Origin: Eledone cirrhosa
Lineage: Eukaryota
NCBI GenBank assembly: GCA_964016885.1
Contig: OZ024741.1
Span: 252,836,001-252,900,000, forward strand
DNA length: 64,000 nucleotides
Reading direction: 5' to 3'
Shown: positions 1-12,789 of the stretch, in pieces
Layout of the letters: each line of letters begins with the position of its first letter
How positions within the stretch are numbered: position 1 is the stretch's first letter
Position numbers and translations under genes: made by a program
The notes under the pieces: generated by a model
Told to the model about the DNA's origin: nothing
The model's input: only the letters and a program-made list of their open reading frames with translations
Databases searched by the model: none

Positions 1-238
1 ACCTCATTTACAGTGAGTGCTGGGTGGTTTTATGCCGTGGCACCTCCACGACCACTTTGCAGTGGAATGATAGGGACCCCAATCCCTATCATCTCATTTC
101 TACAGCTGAGTAAACTGGAGCAATGTGAAATAAAGTGTCTTGCTCAAGGAAACAACACATCACCCGGTCTGAGAATTGAACTCACAACCTTTCGATTGCA
201 AGGCCAATGCTCTAACCACTAAGCCATGTGCCTCCATG

Positions 239-343
<105 letters not shown>

Positions 344-383
344 GTATATATATATGTATATATATATACATATATATATATGT

Positions 384-411
<28 letters not shown>

Positions 412-418
<7 letters not shown>

Positions 419-685
419 TGTAATAAACAACATAAGGCAATTATTCCATTTACCAGTGGTTTCTTAAAAGCAAAAAATTTTGCTTTCAATCATCAGAATG
501 AAAAAATCCTTGATTTTTTCATTCTGATTTTTTCATTCTGATGATTGAAAGCAACATTTTTTGCTTTTAAGAAACCACTGGTAAATGGAATAATTGCCTT
601 ATGTTGTTTATTACATAACTATTAAGCTCTGTTACCTACATAGAGCACTCTTTTTTCCTGGACTTTTCCGACGGAATTACTTCAC
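412..685. mobile_element. Short fold-back PLE-derived element with two hammerheads
   Basis: About 95-bp inverted arms, right-hand tail with TAGAGCACTC, (TA)n both sides. Confidence 0.8.
531..590 (+). ncRNA. Type I hammerhead ribozyme (mirror copy at 444-503 on minus)
   Basis: ttcatt-CTGATGA-[ttgaaagcaa..ttgcttttaa]-GAAA-cc act gg-TA^aatgga; helices I-III pair, GUA triplet. Confidence 0.8.
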
Positions 686-729
686 ATATATATATATATA
701 TATGTATATGTATATATATATGTATATAT

Positions 730-805
<76 letters not shown>

Positions 806-871
806 GTATGTATGTATATATATATCATCATCATTTTACATCCGCTTTTCCCTGCTTGCAAGGGTGGGACA

Positions 872-932
<61 letters not shown>

Positions 933-976
933 TTTAAAGTATTAACAAAATAGAACTTCATTGTGATCAAGTATAA

Positions 977-1037
977 TTTATTATACACATTTCAGAGGTA
1001 CTGAGCTAATTTCAACAGTAGTCCTCATCAGATAAAA
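977..1037 (-). ncRNA. Type I hammerhead ribozyme
   Basis: ttttat-CTGATGA-[ggactactg...cagtacctct]-GAAA-tgtgta-TA^ataaa. Confidence 0.65.
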
Positions 1038-1248
1038 TAAGATGATGCATGATATACCCTGACAAAGTAGATGATTAAGATCCAGTCACGGTAGTGAACT
1101 AATTCTTTGATTTATTCATTGAACCTTGTTTAACCTTTAAATATATATATATATATATGTAAAAGGTAAACAGAAATAACACCACAGTCGGTATAGTATA
1201 TGGAAGGAGGAATATATTAGTTTAACGCTTGAAATGGCAGGAAGAAGA

Positions 1249-1284
1249 TCTTAACGTTTCAGATGCTAGTCCTTCATCAGAAGA
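1249..1284 (-). ncRNA. Minimal hammerhead ribozyme with palindromic ACGT helix III
   Basis: tctt-CTGATGA-aggactagcatct-GAAACGTT^aaga. Related copies at 3046-3081 (+, G12 to A) and 18156-18192 (-). Confidence 0.7.
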
Positions 1285-1496
1285 AAGAATGAGAAATTAG
1301 AAATATTGAAGGGATGGGCAGGGCAGAATTGGATGAAGGTTCTGGGGTGAGAGAGAAATAGACATGTGAGAAGGAGAAGGTGGAAATAAGAAGAGTATAG
1401 TGGAGGAAAAGTTATAGTGAGCTGTGGTGTGTTTAAATACATATATGTGTATATATATGTGTATATATATGTGTATATATATGTGTATATATGTAT

Positions 1497-1890
1497 GCGA
1501 CGGCTGGAGAGAAATGAAGCAAGTATGCTCCGTTGGATGAACAATGCCAATGTGCATGAACGACCAAGTGTAGACAGGTTGAGAAAGAAACTGGGTATAA
1601 GAGGGATAAGTTGTGGTGTGCAGGAGAGAAGACTGAGATGGTATGGACATGTGATGCGCATGGAGGATGACCGCTGGGTAAAGAAGTGACAAGAAATCGC
1701 AGTAGAAGCAAGACACAGTAGAGGTAGACCACGAAAAACATGGGTGGAGGTGGTAAGAGCAGACCTCAGATCACTGAAACTCACTGAGGAGATGACAAAG
1801 GACCGTGACAGGTGGAGAGATGCTGTGCTGAATAGGACCCATCCAACCATTGCAAGCAGGGAAAAGCAGACATAAAATGATGATAATGAT
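1497..1890 (+). mobile_element. RTE-clade LINE 3' fragment
   Basis: RRLERNEASMLRWM...RRLRWYGHVMRM...RGRPRKTW; (TGA)n tail shared with SINE family 1. Confidence 0.85.
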
Positions 1891-1938
1891 AGGAAAATGT
1901 TCAAGACCCCAACGGCAGAGCTCAAGCTGTTTCGATGG

Positions 1939-2025
<87 letters not shown>

Positions 2026-2074
2026 ACCTATATATATTCATATATATATATATATATATATATACCTATATATA

Positions 2075-2120
<46 letters not shown>

Positions 2121-2349
2121 TATATATATATATATCACCTTGACTTTGACCGACCAGACTGTCGGGCGGCAATCGGCGCCGCTGTTTTAGCCATAAGATA
2201 ACGCCATCCCACTGGCTGAGCGGGCAGGCCGGTACTCATTTCTACATCTGAGTAAACTGGAGCAACGTGAAATAAAATGTCTTGCTCAAGGAAACAACAC
2301 ATCACCTGGTCTGAGAATTGAACTCACAACCTTTCGATTGCAAGCCCAA

Positions 2350-2409
<60 letters not shown>

Positions 2410-2617
2410 CAACACGGTAAAAACCTCCCAGCCCCACACTGTAAATGTGGTTGGTGTTAGGAAGGGCATCCAGCTGTAGAAAACCCGCCAGACAGTACTA
2501 TGCGAGCAAGACAATCACTCTTGCCTCAAGTGGGAAAACCCCCGTCCAAACCCATGCAAGCGTGGAACACGGACGTTAAACGATGATGATGATATGAATA
2601 TATATATATATATATGT

Positions 2618-2965
2618 GGAGGCACATGGCTTAGTGGTTAGAGCATTGGCCTTGCAATCGAAAGGTTGCGAGTTCAATTCTCAGACTGGGTGATGTGTTG
2701 TTTCATTGAGCAAGACACTTTATTTCACATTGCTCCAGTTTACTCAGCTGTAGAAATGAGATGATAGGGACTGGGGTCCATATCATTCCACTGCAAAGTG
2801 GTTGTGGAGGTGCCACGGCAAAAAAGCACCCAGCACTCACTGTAAATGAGGTTGGTGTTAGGAGGGGCATCCTGCTGTAGAAATGAAGCCAGAATCAGTT
2901 CCCGTCCCACCCTTGCAAGCGGGGAAAATGCGGACGTAAAATGAAATCTTGATGATGAATGATGA
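2618..2965 (+). mobile_element. tRNA-derived CORE-type SINE with RTE-like 3' tail (family 1)
   Basis: A box TGGCTTAGTGG, B box GAGTTCAATTC, CORE-like TTGAGCAAGACACTTT...CAGCTGTAGAAATG, (TGA)n tail. Other copies at 1-236(-), 2240-2352(-), 19163-19505(+), 24215-24604(-), 44115-44402(+), 45937-46270(+), 56725-56977(+). Confidence 0.85.
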
Positions 2966-3192
2966 TATGAATATATATATAGATATATATGTGTGTGTGT
3001 GTATATATATGCCCATCCCCTCAATCTATTTTATTTATCATTCATTCTTCTGATGAAGGACTAGCGTCCAAAACGTTAAGACCCTCTTCTTGCTATATCA
3101 AGCATTAACCTAATATATACCTTCCATATACTGTACCGATTGTGTTTTTATTTCTGTTTACCTTTTACATACATATATATATATATATATAT

Positions 3193-3435
3193 AGAAAAAG
3201 AGATGAAATCGAAAATGCAACTGGAGTCTTATTTTTTTTAAAAATATATATATTTATTTGGTTCCTTTACCGGTTTCGCAGTTCTTCTGCGAAACCGGTA
3301 AAGGAACCAAATAAATATATATACTTTTAAAAAAAATAAGACTCCAGTTGCATTTTCGATTTCATCTCTTTTTCTTTATACTTTCACTCGTGTAGGACAC
3401 CTCGGTTATTTTTCATTTTGTAAAAAAAACCTCAC

Positions 3436-3440
<5 letters not shown>
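3193..3440. mobile_element. Short fold-back PLE-derived element
   Basis: Palindrome centred ~3284 at cgcag-ttctt-ctgcg followed by GAAACCGGTA. Tail on right; related tail at 3778-3890 (minus). Confidence 0.75.
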
Positions 3441-3497
<57 letters not shown>

Positions 3498-3508
3498 GTA
3501 TATATATT

Positions 3509-3542
<34 letters not shown>

Positions 3543-3770
3543 GTAATAATAAATACAAAGACCAAAATCCCCAAAGTACTCAATAAGGGTTGTATATATA
3601 TATTTAAGGATATAGAAACCGCTAGTGCAAATATTTATTATTAATACAGATTAAAAGTTTAAGCAAAGAATTTCTGCTTTCATTCTAAGCAGGATCATCT
3701 GAAACTGTTTCAGATGACCACACTTAGGGGGAAAGCAGAAATTCTTAAACATTTAATCTGTACTACTAAT
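3543..3770. mobile_element. Short fold-back PLE-like element (relative at 18351-18510)
   Basis: Imperfect palindrome centred ~3705, left tail with AGTACTCAAT, (TA)n flanks. Confidence 0.6.
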
Positions 3771-4234
3771 ATATATAAGAAAGTGAGGGTTTTTTTATAA
3801 AAAAAAAAAAAGAAAAAGCAAAAAATGACATGTCCTACACGAGTGAAAGTATACGGAAAAGAAATCGAAAATGCAACTGAAGTCTGTATATTTTGCAAGT
3901 TTTCTACTGTTGGATGACTTTCCTACCAACCAATTCCCTGCATACTGTGGACATTTTATCATGCCACCAATACTAGGGAGATTGTCACTAATTAGATACA
4001 ACTGAAGGATTCTCAAACCCCTATATAAGTTTTCTATCCTATCCCCAACCAATTTATAAGGTACATCAGTAACACTGGAGAAATTATCATGTTATGATAG
4101 ATGGATCCTCTCAACACTTTTTAGCATGGTTCTTATGGCCAGGGGAGAAAAGTATGCAAAATGAACCTGCAAACTTTCATGAACATGAATTTATATATAT
4201 ATACGCAATGTGTATGTGGGTGTGGGTGTGGCTG

Positions 4235-4315
<81 letters not shown>

Positions 4316-4320
4316 ATATA

Positions 4321-4443
<123 letters not shown>

Positions 4444-4502
4444 GTATATATATATATGTATATATATATATATGTATATATATATGTATATATATATGTA
4501 TA

Positions 4503-6820
4503 TAATATCTAAGATCAAAAGATGGTTAAATGAGTTCCATGTATTTTATTATGCGCATTTCAAAAACAAATATCATCATGCAATAACATTTGTGTTTTCA
4601 TCAGATAAAATAGGAGGACATGATATGAAGGTTAAAAACACTTGTGGATAGTGCAGTTTTAAATCAACATATGAAAAGTAGTTTTAGATTGATGTGTGAT
4701 ATTGGGGAAAACATTTTTTTGAGGGGGGTGGGGGTGGAAAGGATGAAAAAGAGGAGGAGATGAGAGTAAAAAGTGGAGGGGGAGGAGTATAATGAAGAAG
4801 GATGAGATAAGAGGAGAGATGGGTGATAGAGAGAGAGAGATAGCTTTTATAACTGAGAAAAATATATTGTTTTACATAGAGAGGTTGAAAAAACCGTTGG
4901 AAGATAATGTATAAATTAAAAGAATTTGAAAATTAACGAAGAGAAAAATAATATAAAGTTAAGGTTTGTATATTGAAGGGTTTAATAATATGTGCGATAA
5001 AAAGAAATTGTTAATATGTATTAAGAATAATATTTAAGGGTTTAATAATATGTGCGATGGAAAGAAAATGTTAATATGTATTAAGAATAATATTTAAGGG
5101 TTTAATAATATGTGCGATGGAAAGAAAATGTTGATATGTATTATTAAAAAAACAAAAGTAATGTAAGTAAGGATATATTGTGAGATGAGCATGAATAAGT
5201 TAGATGAAAGTGAGAAAAATATAATGAATAGAGGATGAATAATCTAACGTAAAAAAAAATGTTTATGTTTACGAAGGATTTGTTCAAGGTGATATAAAGT
5301 AAGAATATAGTGTATTGTGTAATAATTGTTTCTATGTTAGGCACAGTGAGAAAAGGTACAGATTAGGGGTTAGAAATTAAAAGAAAAAGAAAAGAAAAGG
5401 AAAAGGAAGAAAGGGAAGTGATGAATAGGAGTGATATAGAATATAATAAATAACTTTGAAATAAGGTAGAAAGATGGGTATATTTTTAAAGAAGTATATA
5501 TATATATATGTGCCTTTGAGAAAAGGATTCTGAATTGATAAAGTTTAGGATATTAGCTGTATACTTTATGGAAATTTCTGTGGAATTTATGCAAGCAGAT
5601 AGAAAACAAGTCAGTGCGTCTATTTATTATAGAATCTAAATTAGATATAATGGTAAATTTTTCATTTAGACAGAGATTGCAAGTCTTGGATAGAGAACTG
5701 TTCAAGTTTGAAGAAGCAGAGGAAACCTTTTTCCAAGAGATGTTATATTTAATATTTTTGTCTTTCAAGGACCATATGAGTTCTGAGAGAGCCGTGTTGG
5801 TTCTTTTAAGTTTATATTTAAAAGACGAATGATGATTATAAAGACGAGCTTTAAAGGAGGTGGAAGTGGAGCCTTTTCTTTTCTTTTCTTTTTCTTTTAA
5901 TTTCTAACCCCTAATCTGTACCTTTTCTCACTGTGCCTAACATAGAAACAATTATTACACAATACACTATATTCTTACTTTTTATCACCTTGAAAAAGTA
6001 AAGAAAACATTATTTTTTTCTCCCGTTCATCTAACTTATTCATGCTCATCTCACAATATATCCTTACTTACATTACTTTTGTTTTTTTAATAATACATAT
6101 CAACATTTTCTTTCCATCGCACATATTATTAAACCCTTAAATATTATTCTTAATACATATTAACATTTTCTTTCCATCGCACATATTATTAAACCCTTAA
6201 ATATTATTCTTAATACATATTAACAATTTCTTTTCATCGCACATATTATTAAACCCTTCAATATACAAACCTTAACTTTATATTATTTTTCTCTTCGACA
6301 ATTTTCAAATTCTTTTAATTTATACATTATCTTCCAACGGTTTTTTCAACCTCTCTATGTAAAACAATATATTTTTCTCAGTTATAAAAGCTATCTCTCT
6401 CTCTCTGTATCACCCATCTCTCCTCCTATCTCATCCTTCCTAATTATACTCCCCCCCCCTCCACTTTTTACTCTCATCTCCTCTTTGTTTTCATCCCCCC
6501 CCCCCTCCCCCTAAAAAAAATGTTTTCCCCAATATCACACATCAATATAAAACTACTTTTCATATGTTGATTTAAAACTGCACTATCCACAAGTGTTTTT
6601 AACCTTCATATCATGTCCTCCTGTTTTATCTGATGAAAACACAAATGTTATTGCATGATGATATTTGTTTTTGAAATGCGCATAATAAAATACATAGAAC
6701 TCATTTAACCATCTTTTGATCTTATATATTATGTATACTCCAGTCCTACAAACTGTAGAGTGCTTCTTATCCGATATCTGCATTGCTTTATTGTACTACA
6801 ATAAAACTCACCTCCTACAT
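4503..6820 (-). mobile_element. 5'-truncated Penelope-like retroelement with long inverted pseudo-LTR
   Basis: Minus-strand GIY-YIG C-terminal remnant 5553-5872 (STSFKARLYNH...CNLCLNEK...INRRTDLFSICLH). About 850-900 bp inverted repeat (4503-5400 vs 5873-6725). Hammerhead in each arm, extra ~95-nt tail on right arm, (TA)n on both flanks, internal 60-bp x3 repeat. Confidence 0.85.
6624..6690 (+). ncRNA. Hammerhead ribozyme in PLE pseudo-LTR (mirror copy 4542-4612 minus)
   Basis: ttttat-CTGATGA-long helix II-GAAA-tgcgca-TA^ataaaa; palindromic ATGCGCAT helix III. Confidence 0.85.
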
Positions 6821-6847
6821 ATATATGTATATATATATATGTATATA

Positions 6848-6892
<45 letters not shown>

Positions 6893-6939
6893 GTATATAT
6901 ATATGTATATATATGTATGTATATATATATATATATATG

Positions 6940-7140
6940 AAGAGTTGACATTGCACTCAGTGCTCCTGTGGGAGCCCCTACATGGACGCACTGGAAGAGG
7001 AAGACCAAGGTTAACATATGTTGATGCCCTAAGGACAGACACTGGTCTGTTGGAGACGCAGGACATGGTAGCGATAATGAGGGACAGAGACCGCTCGAGA
7101 GAACTCGTCCATGGATCTCGGGAATTTTACCCGCCCTAGA
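6940..7140 (+). mobile_element. RTE-like LINE 3' fragment
   Basis: [30 protein letters not shown]-terminal motif. Confidence 0.7.
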
Positions 7141-7248
7141 TAGATATATATATATATGTATGTATATATAAAATGTGTGTGTGATTGTATATATTTTTAT
7201 ATATTAGAGAGAGAGAGAGAGATTAACATTATTTGTATATATAAACAC

Positions 7249-7290
<42 letters not shown>

Positions 7291-7519
7291 ATAATGGTAG
7301 CTATGCTGCTTCCATAGGCAGTATGCCAAAATTAGCACTCAATATTCTTACAGAGCAGAGAAAATTTGCTCCGAAAGAATTGCATGTGTCCGAAGGAACC
7401 TGCAACCGTAGAATCAGCCAGATCCATACAGTGATCATGTCTCGAGCTACCTGCCAGCGAAACAATTGTAACACGCAATAAACTGAGTCCAGATGCATCA
7501 CTGATTTTTCGTTTTTTTA

Positions 7520-7555
<36 letters not shown>

Positions 7556-8747
7556 GTTTGAATTTGTAAAGCCAAACAATGCAGGTATGGACATAGAATA
7601 AAAATGCAAATGCAAAAGATATTGTTGACAATTAGTCTTTTACCTCTTAGATTTATTTAAATGTCCTTAACTTCCTCCATATATATATATATAGTCCACA
7701 CTGTAAACGTGGTTGGTGTTAGGAAGGGCATCCAACCGTAGAAAACCCGCCAGACAGTCCTATATGAGCAAGACAACCAATCTTACCTCAAGTGAGAAAA
7801 TTCCTGTCAAAACCCATGCAAGCGTGGAAGATGGATGTTAAACGATGATGATGATGATGATGATGATGATGATATATAACATTGCTTCTTGTTTTCCATT
7901 TCACTTAGCTGAAAAAAATAATTGTAGTTATAATTGAAATGGCCAAGCTAGCCATATGTTGGGTCTCTCTGGGAGTAACATTAAGATTATACACATCATC
8001 TATATTAATGCTTACCACTTGCACATTGTTTTCATGTGGAGTCTGTTCCAGTGGACACACATACACACACATATTGTGGGAAAGACATATTGAAAAAGAC
8101 CATATATACCACCATCTAAATATGTATATTCTGTTTACATATATATTAACTCAAACATAAGTTAGCAAATTTATTTTTATTAAATATAATTTACATACAT
8201 GTGTGTGTGCATGTATACTGATATGTATACACATACATACACACACATACACACACACATTCGTACATATATATACATAGATGCATACAAATTTTTATAT
8301 TCATAATCCATGCAAGCATGGAAAAAAGGACGTAAAAACAATGATAATGATGATGATATACATATATTTACACAAATACTCATATATATTTGTAAAAAAA
8401 AATTATGTTTTTATGTTTACATCAGCCTCACCTCTGAGGAATTCAAAATTTACCTTTGACCAACAACTCAATGCAGAACTATAAACAAAAGACCAGACAC
8501 CATCTAACCACATATGGACCCTAAGAGAATCTAACGTCTCATATCCATCACTTGGTACATCATAAATAGAGTAATATTTTACAATGCAGGATATAAATTC
8601 TGCTCTCTTTACACCATCTAAAAAGAACAATTCTCTTCGGGATCGTCAACCATAAATCTAAACTAATTTCATTTTGCTGGCAGAGAAGAAATTTTTCTTT
8701 CATCGAAAACGTTTATATGCCCATACCACTAACACAAAACCCCTTAA

Positions 8748-8970
8748 CCCTTTAGCATTTACATTACTCTATATTTACTATTATATTTTCATAGTAAAGG
8801 TTTTATTTCACATAATTATCTTATATAATATCGAATCTATGAGATTTTGATATTATTTATTTTGAGAACAATACCTCAGAACATCAGTATGAGTGGCCAG
8901 TTACAGCCGGTTTGAACAGAAAGAGATGAGAGAATTCTGGCCGGATAAAACCAGTTTAAATGCTAAAGAG
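8748..8970. mobile_element. piggyBac-type MITE
   Basis: TTAA|CCCTTTAGCATTTA ... TAAATGCTAAAGAG|TTAA. Confidence 0.8.
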
Positions 8971-9086
8971 TTAAAATGCTACACAACAAGACTGAAGCCA
9001 GAACCATGTGGTTGCAAAGCGAACTCCTGAACCATATAGCCATACCTGCACCAATTTATGAAAAAATATGCACACAGACTAATTTA

Positions 9087-9228
9087 ACAGAAAGTAGGTT
9101 GTGTGTAAAATATGGAATGGAGATGGCTAGAAGAGAGTGAGATTTTATCTTATACGACCCTGGATATGACTGATATATCCATCCCGTTGAGGACATACTT
9201 TTTCAGTTAAACACAACCTACTTTCTGT
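9087..9228. mobile_element. MITE with 18-bp terminal inverted repeats
   Basis: ACAGAAAGTAGGTTGTGT / ACACAACCTACTTTCTGT. Confidence 0.6.
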
Positions 9229-9632
9229 AAATTTACTAAATTTATTAAAAAAAAAAAGTTAATGAATGATTTTTATTGATTTTTAGAATGATATTAAAAT
9301 TTGTGAGCCAGTTGATCCAGGGGAGGCAACCCACTATCATAGAAGTAAATTATTTTCCTCCGTATTGTCTTCTGCTTGACAGGATGTAAGCATTAACAAA
9401 CTGGCAACTAAAATGTCTCCATCTGAAGATCATCTTGTTTATCAATGATAACTGTAATAAAGACATCATGTAACCATTTGATGAAATTCCTAGTAACACA
9501 CACACACACATATATATATTTATATTGATATGTATATATATATATATATATATGCGTATATATATATTTATATATATATATATATTAATATATATATGTA
9601 TATATATATTAATATACATATATATATATAAG

Positions 9633-9873
9633 TAGAAGGGGTATTTAATTTGTTGGAAGTCCAACAAATATAAATGTTTATAACTGATTTAGAGCACTCA
9701 ACAATTTACTGGAGTAAATATTCAATGATATTAAATAAATGGAAACTATATTTATAAATCCATATTTATTTTATTATATATATTTCAAGAGTACCAAGAC
9801 AAATTGGTACGCTTGAAATATATATAATAAAATAAATATGGTTTTATAAATATAGTTTCCATTTATTTAATAT

Positions 9874-9880
<7 letters not shown>
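9633..9880. mobile_element. Short fold-back element, same family as 36328-36749
   Basis: Arms 9723-9790 and 9812-9878, centre in helix II region, left tail with AGCACTCAA. Confidence 0.7.
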
Positions 9881-9934
<54 letters not shown>

Positions 9935-10024
9935 TATACATATATGTATTAATATATATAATATTAACATATCCATTAATATTAATATATATAATATAAT
10001 ATTATATATATATATTATATATAT

Positions 10025-10212
10025 ACGTTATTCCGGGATGAATCGGAGGTAACCACAGTAAATAAGGTACTCAATACATAGCAGAGTATAAAAGTTTTAA
10101 TATAGATGAGATTCTACAGGACTAGAACTGTTTCATTCTTTAGAAATCATCGGTGATTTCTAAAGAATGAAACAGTTCTAGTCCTGTAGAATCTCATCTA
10201 TATTAAAACTAT
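10025..10212. mobile_element. Short fold-back element, same family as 53824-54016 and 39553-39670
   Basis: Near-perfect palindrome centred ~10151 with GAAAcagttctagtcctGTA; left tail with GGTACTCAAT. Confidence 0.75.
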
Positions 10213-10374
10213 TATATATATATATATAATATTAATAATACATGTGTACATAGATGAATATGTAATATAAATTCATTAAATATAATTAATAGAAAGCTAA
10301 ATAATAAAACAATGATTTTAATTATAATCATTACCTTTCATTTATTTCTCCTATCTGTTATTTTTTATGGTGAT

Positions 10375-11260
10375 GTATGTTGTTGTTGTTGTTGTTACTG
10401 TTGTTGTTGTTATGGTGTTGTTGTTGTTATGGTGTTGTTGTTGTTACTGTTGTTGTTGTTATGGTGTTGTTGTTACTGTTGTTGTTGTTATGGTGTTGTT
10501 GTTACTGTTGTTGTTGTTGTTAAGGTGTTGCTGTTACTGTTGTTGCTGTTATTGTTGTTGTTGTTGCTGTTACTGTTGTTGCTGTTATTGTTGTTGTTGT
10601 TGCTGTTACTGTTGTTGCTGTTATTGTTGTTGCTGTTGTTGTTACTGTTGTTGTTGTTACTGTTGCAGTTACTATTGTTGTTATTGTTATTGTTATTGTT
10701 ATTGTTGTAACTGTTGTTGTTGTTGGTTGTGGTGTTGGTGGTGTTGGTAGTGGTGTTGATGGTGATGGTGGTGGTGGTGATGGTGGTGGTGATGGTGGAG
10801 ATGGTGGCGGTGGTGATGGTGGAGATGGTGGCGGTGATGGTGGTGATGTTGGTGGTGTTGGTAATGGTGTTGATGGTGATGGTGGTGGTGGTGATGGTGG
10901 TGGCGATGGAGATGGTGGTGGTGGTGATGGTGGAGATGGTGGCGGTGATGGTGGTGATGTTGGTGGTGTTGGTAGTGGTGTTGATGGTGATGATGGTGGT
11001 GGTGATGGTGGTGGTGGCGATGGAGATGGTGGTGGTGGTGGTGATGGTGGAGATGGTGGCGGTGATGGTGGTGATGTTGGTGGCGATGGTGGTGGCAATG
11101 GAGATGGTGGTACTGGTGATGGAGATGGTGGCGATGGAGATGGTGATGGTGGTGATCATGGTGGTGATGGAGATGGTGGTATTGGTGGTGTTGGAGATGG
11201 TGGTGATGGTGGTGGCGATGGAGATGGTGGTATTGGTGGTGATGGTGGTGGTGGTGTTTG
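10375..11260. repeat. Compound trinucleotide microsatellite (TGT then GGT/GAT)
   Basis: Direct inspection. Confidence 0.95.
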
Positions 11261-11354
11261 TAGTCTATATGGTAATTGTTCTTTTTGTTATGGAGGCTGT
11301 TTTTATCAATACTCATGGCATTAAATACTTATTTCCAATATTGTTTTTGTCAGG

Positions 11355-12700
11355 TGTGTGTGAGTATGTATAGATATATGTATGTAGATATGTGTGTGAG
11401 TATGTATAGATATATATATGTAGATATGTGTGTGTGAGTATGTAAGTGTAGATATATATATGTAGATATGTGTGTGTCTGATTATGTATAGATATATGTA
11501 TGTAGATATGTGTGTGTGAGTATGTAAGTGTAGATATATGTATGTAGATATGTGTGTGTGTGAGTATGTATAGATATATATATGTAGATATGTGTGTGTG
11601 AGTATGTAAGTGTAGATATATATATGTAGATATGTGTGTGTGTGGGTATGTATGTGTAGATATATGTTTGTAGATATATGTGTGTGAGTGTGTATAGATA
11701 TATATATGTAGATATGTGTGTGTGTGAGTATGTATAGATATATGTATGTAGATATGTGTGTGAGTATGTATAGATATATGTATGTAGATATGTGTGTGAG
11801 AATGTATAGATATATGTATGTAGATATGTGTGTGAGTATGTATAGATATATGTATGTAGATATGTGTGTGTGAGTATGTATGTGTAGATATATATATGTA
11901 GATATGTGTGTGTATGTGAGTATGTATGTGTAGATATATGTTTGTAGATATATGTATGTGAGTATGTATAGATATATGTATGTAGATATGTGTATGTGTG
12001 TGTGAGTATGTATGTGTAGATATATATATATGTAGATATGTGTGTGTGAGTATGTATGTGTAGATATATATATGTAGATATGTGTGTGTGTGAGTATGTA
12101 TGTGTAGATATATATATATGTAGATATGTGTGTGTGTGTGTGTATGTGTAGATATATATATGTAGATATGTGTGTGTGAGTATGTATGTGTAGATATATA
12201 TATGTAGATATGTGTGTGTGTGAGTATGTATGTGTAGATATATATATGTAGATATGTGTGTGTCACTAGGTTTGTGTAGATATATGTATGCAGATATTTG
12301 TGTGTGAGTATGTTTGTGTATGTATATGTATATGGCAGTATGTGTGTTAATATGTGTAAGCATATATGTGTATATGACTATGTTTGTGTATATGTGAGTG
12401 TATGTTACTTAGTGTGTGCATTTGTATATGTGAGCCTGTTTATGTATGTGTGAGTGTGTTTGTGTAAGTGTGAGACTATGATCAAGTGTGTCTCTGTGTA
12501 TGTTACATTGTGTTAGCATATGTGTGTGTGTTTGTGTATGTTACATTGTGTTAGCATGTGTGTGTGTGTGTGTTTGTGTATGTTACATTGTGTTAGCATA
12601 TGTGTGTGTGTGTATGTTACATTGTGTTAGCATATGTGTGTGTGTGTGTGTGTTTGTGTATGTGTGATTGTATATGTATATGACAGAATGTGTCTCTATA
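11355..12700. repeat. Complex (TG/TA/GA) minisatellite
   Basis: Recurring gagtatgtatgtgtagatatatatatgtagatatgtgtgt units. Confidence 0.9.
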
Positions 12701-12789
12701 TGTTACATTGTGTTAGCATATCTGTGTGTGAGTGTGTATGCATGTGTTTCCTTGATTTTAATGTATTGTATTTTATAATCCAAGTATTA

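Noticed and set aside
2618-2692. tRNA gene
   Set aside because: tRNA-like head continues into a SINE body present in many copies; no clean cloverleaf.
3695-3745. Intact hammerhead in the 3543-3770 element
   Set aside because: Core reads CAGATGA and helix III/cleavage site could not be paired convincingly.
10312-12363. Poly-His, poly-Val, extensin-like and HTYIY ORFs
   Set aside because: Translations of microsatellites.
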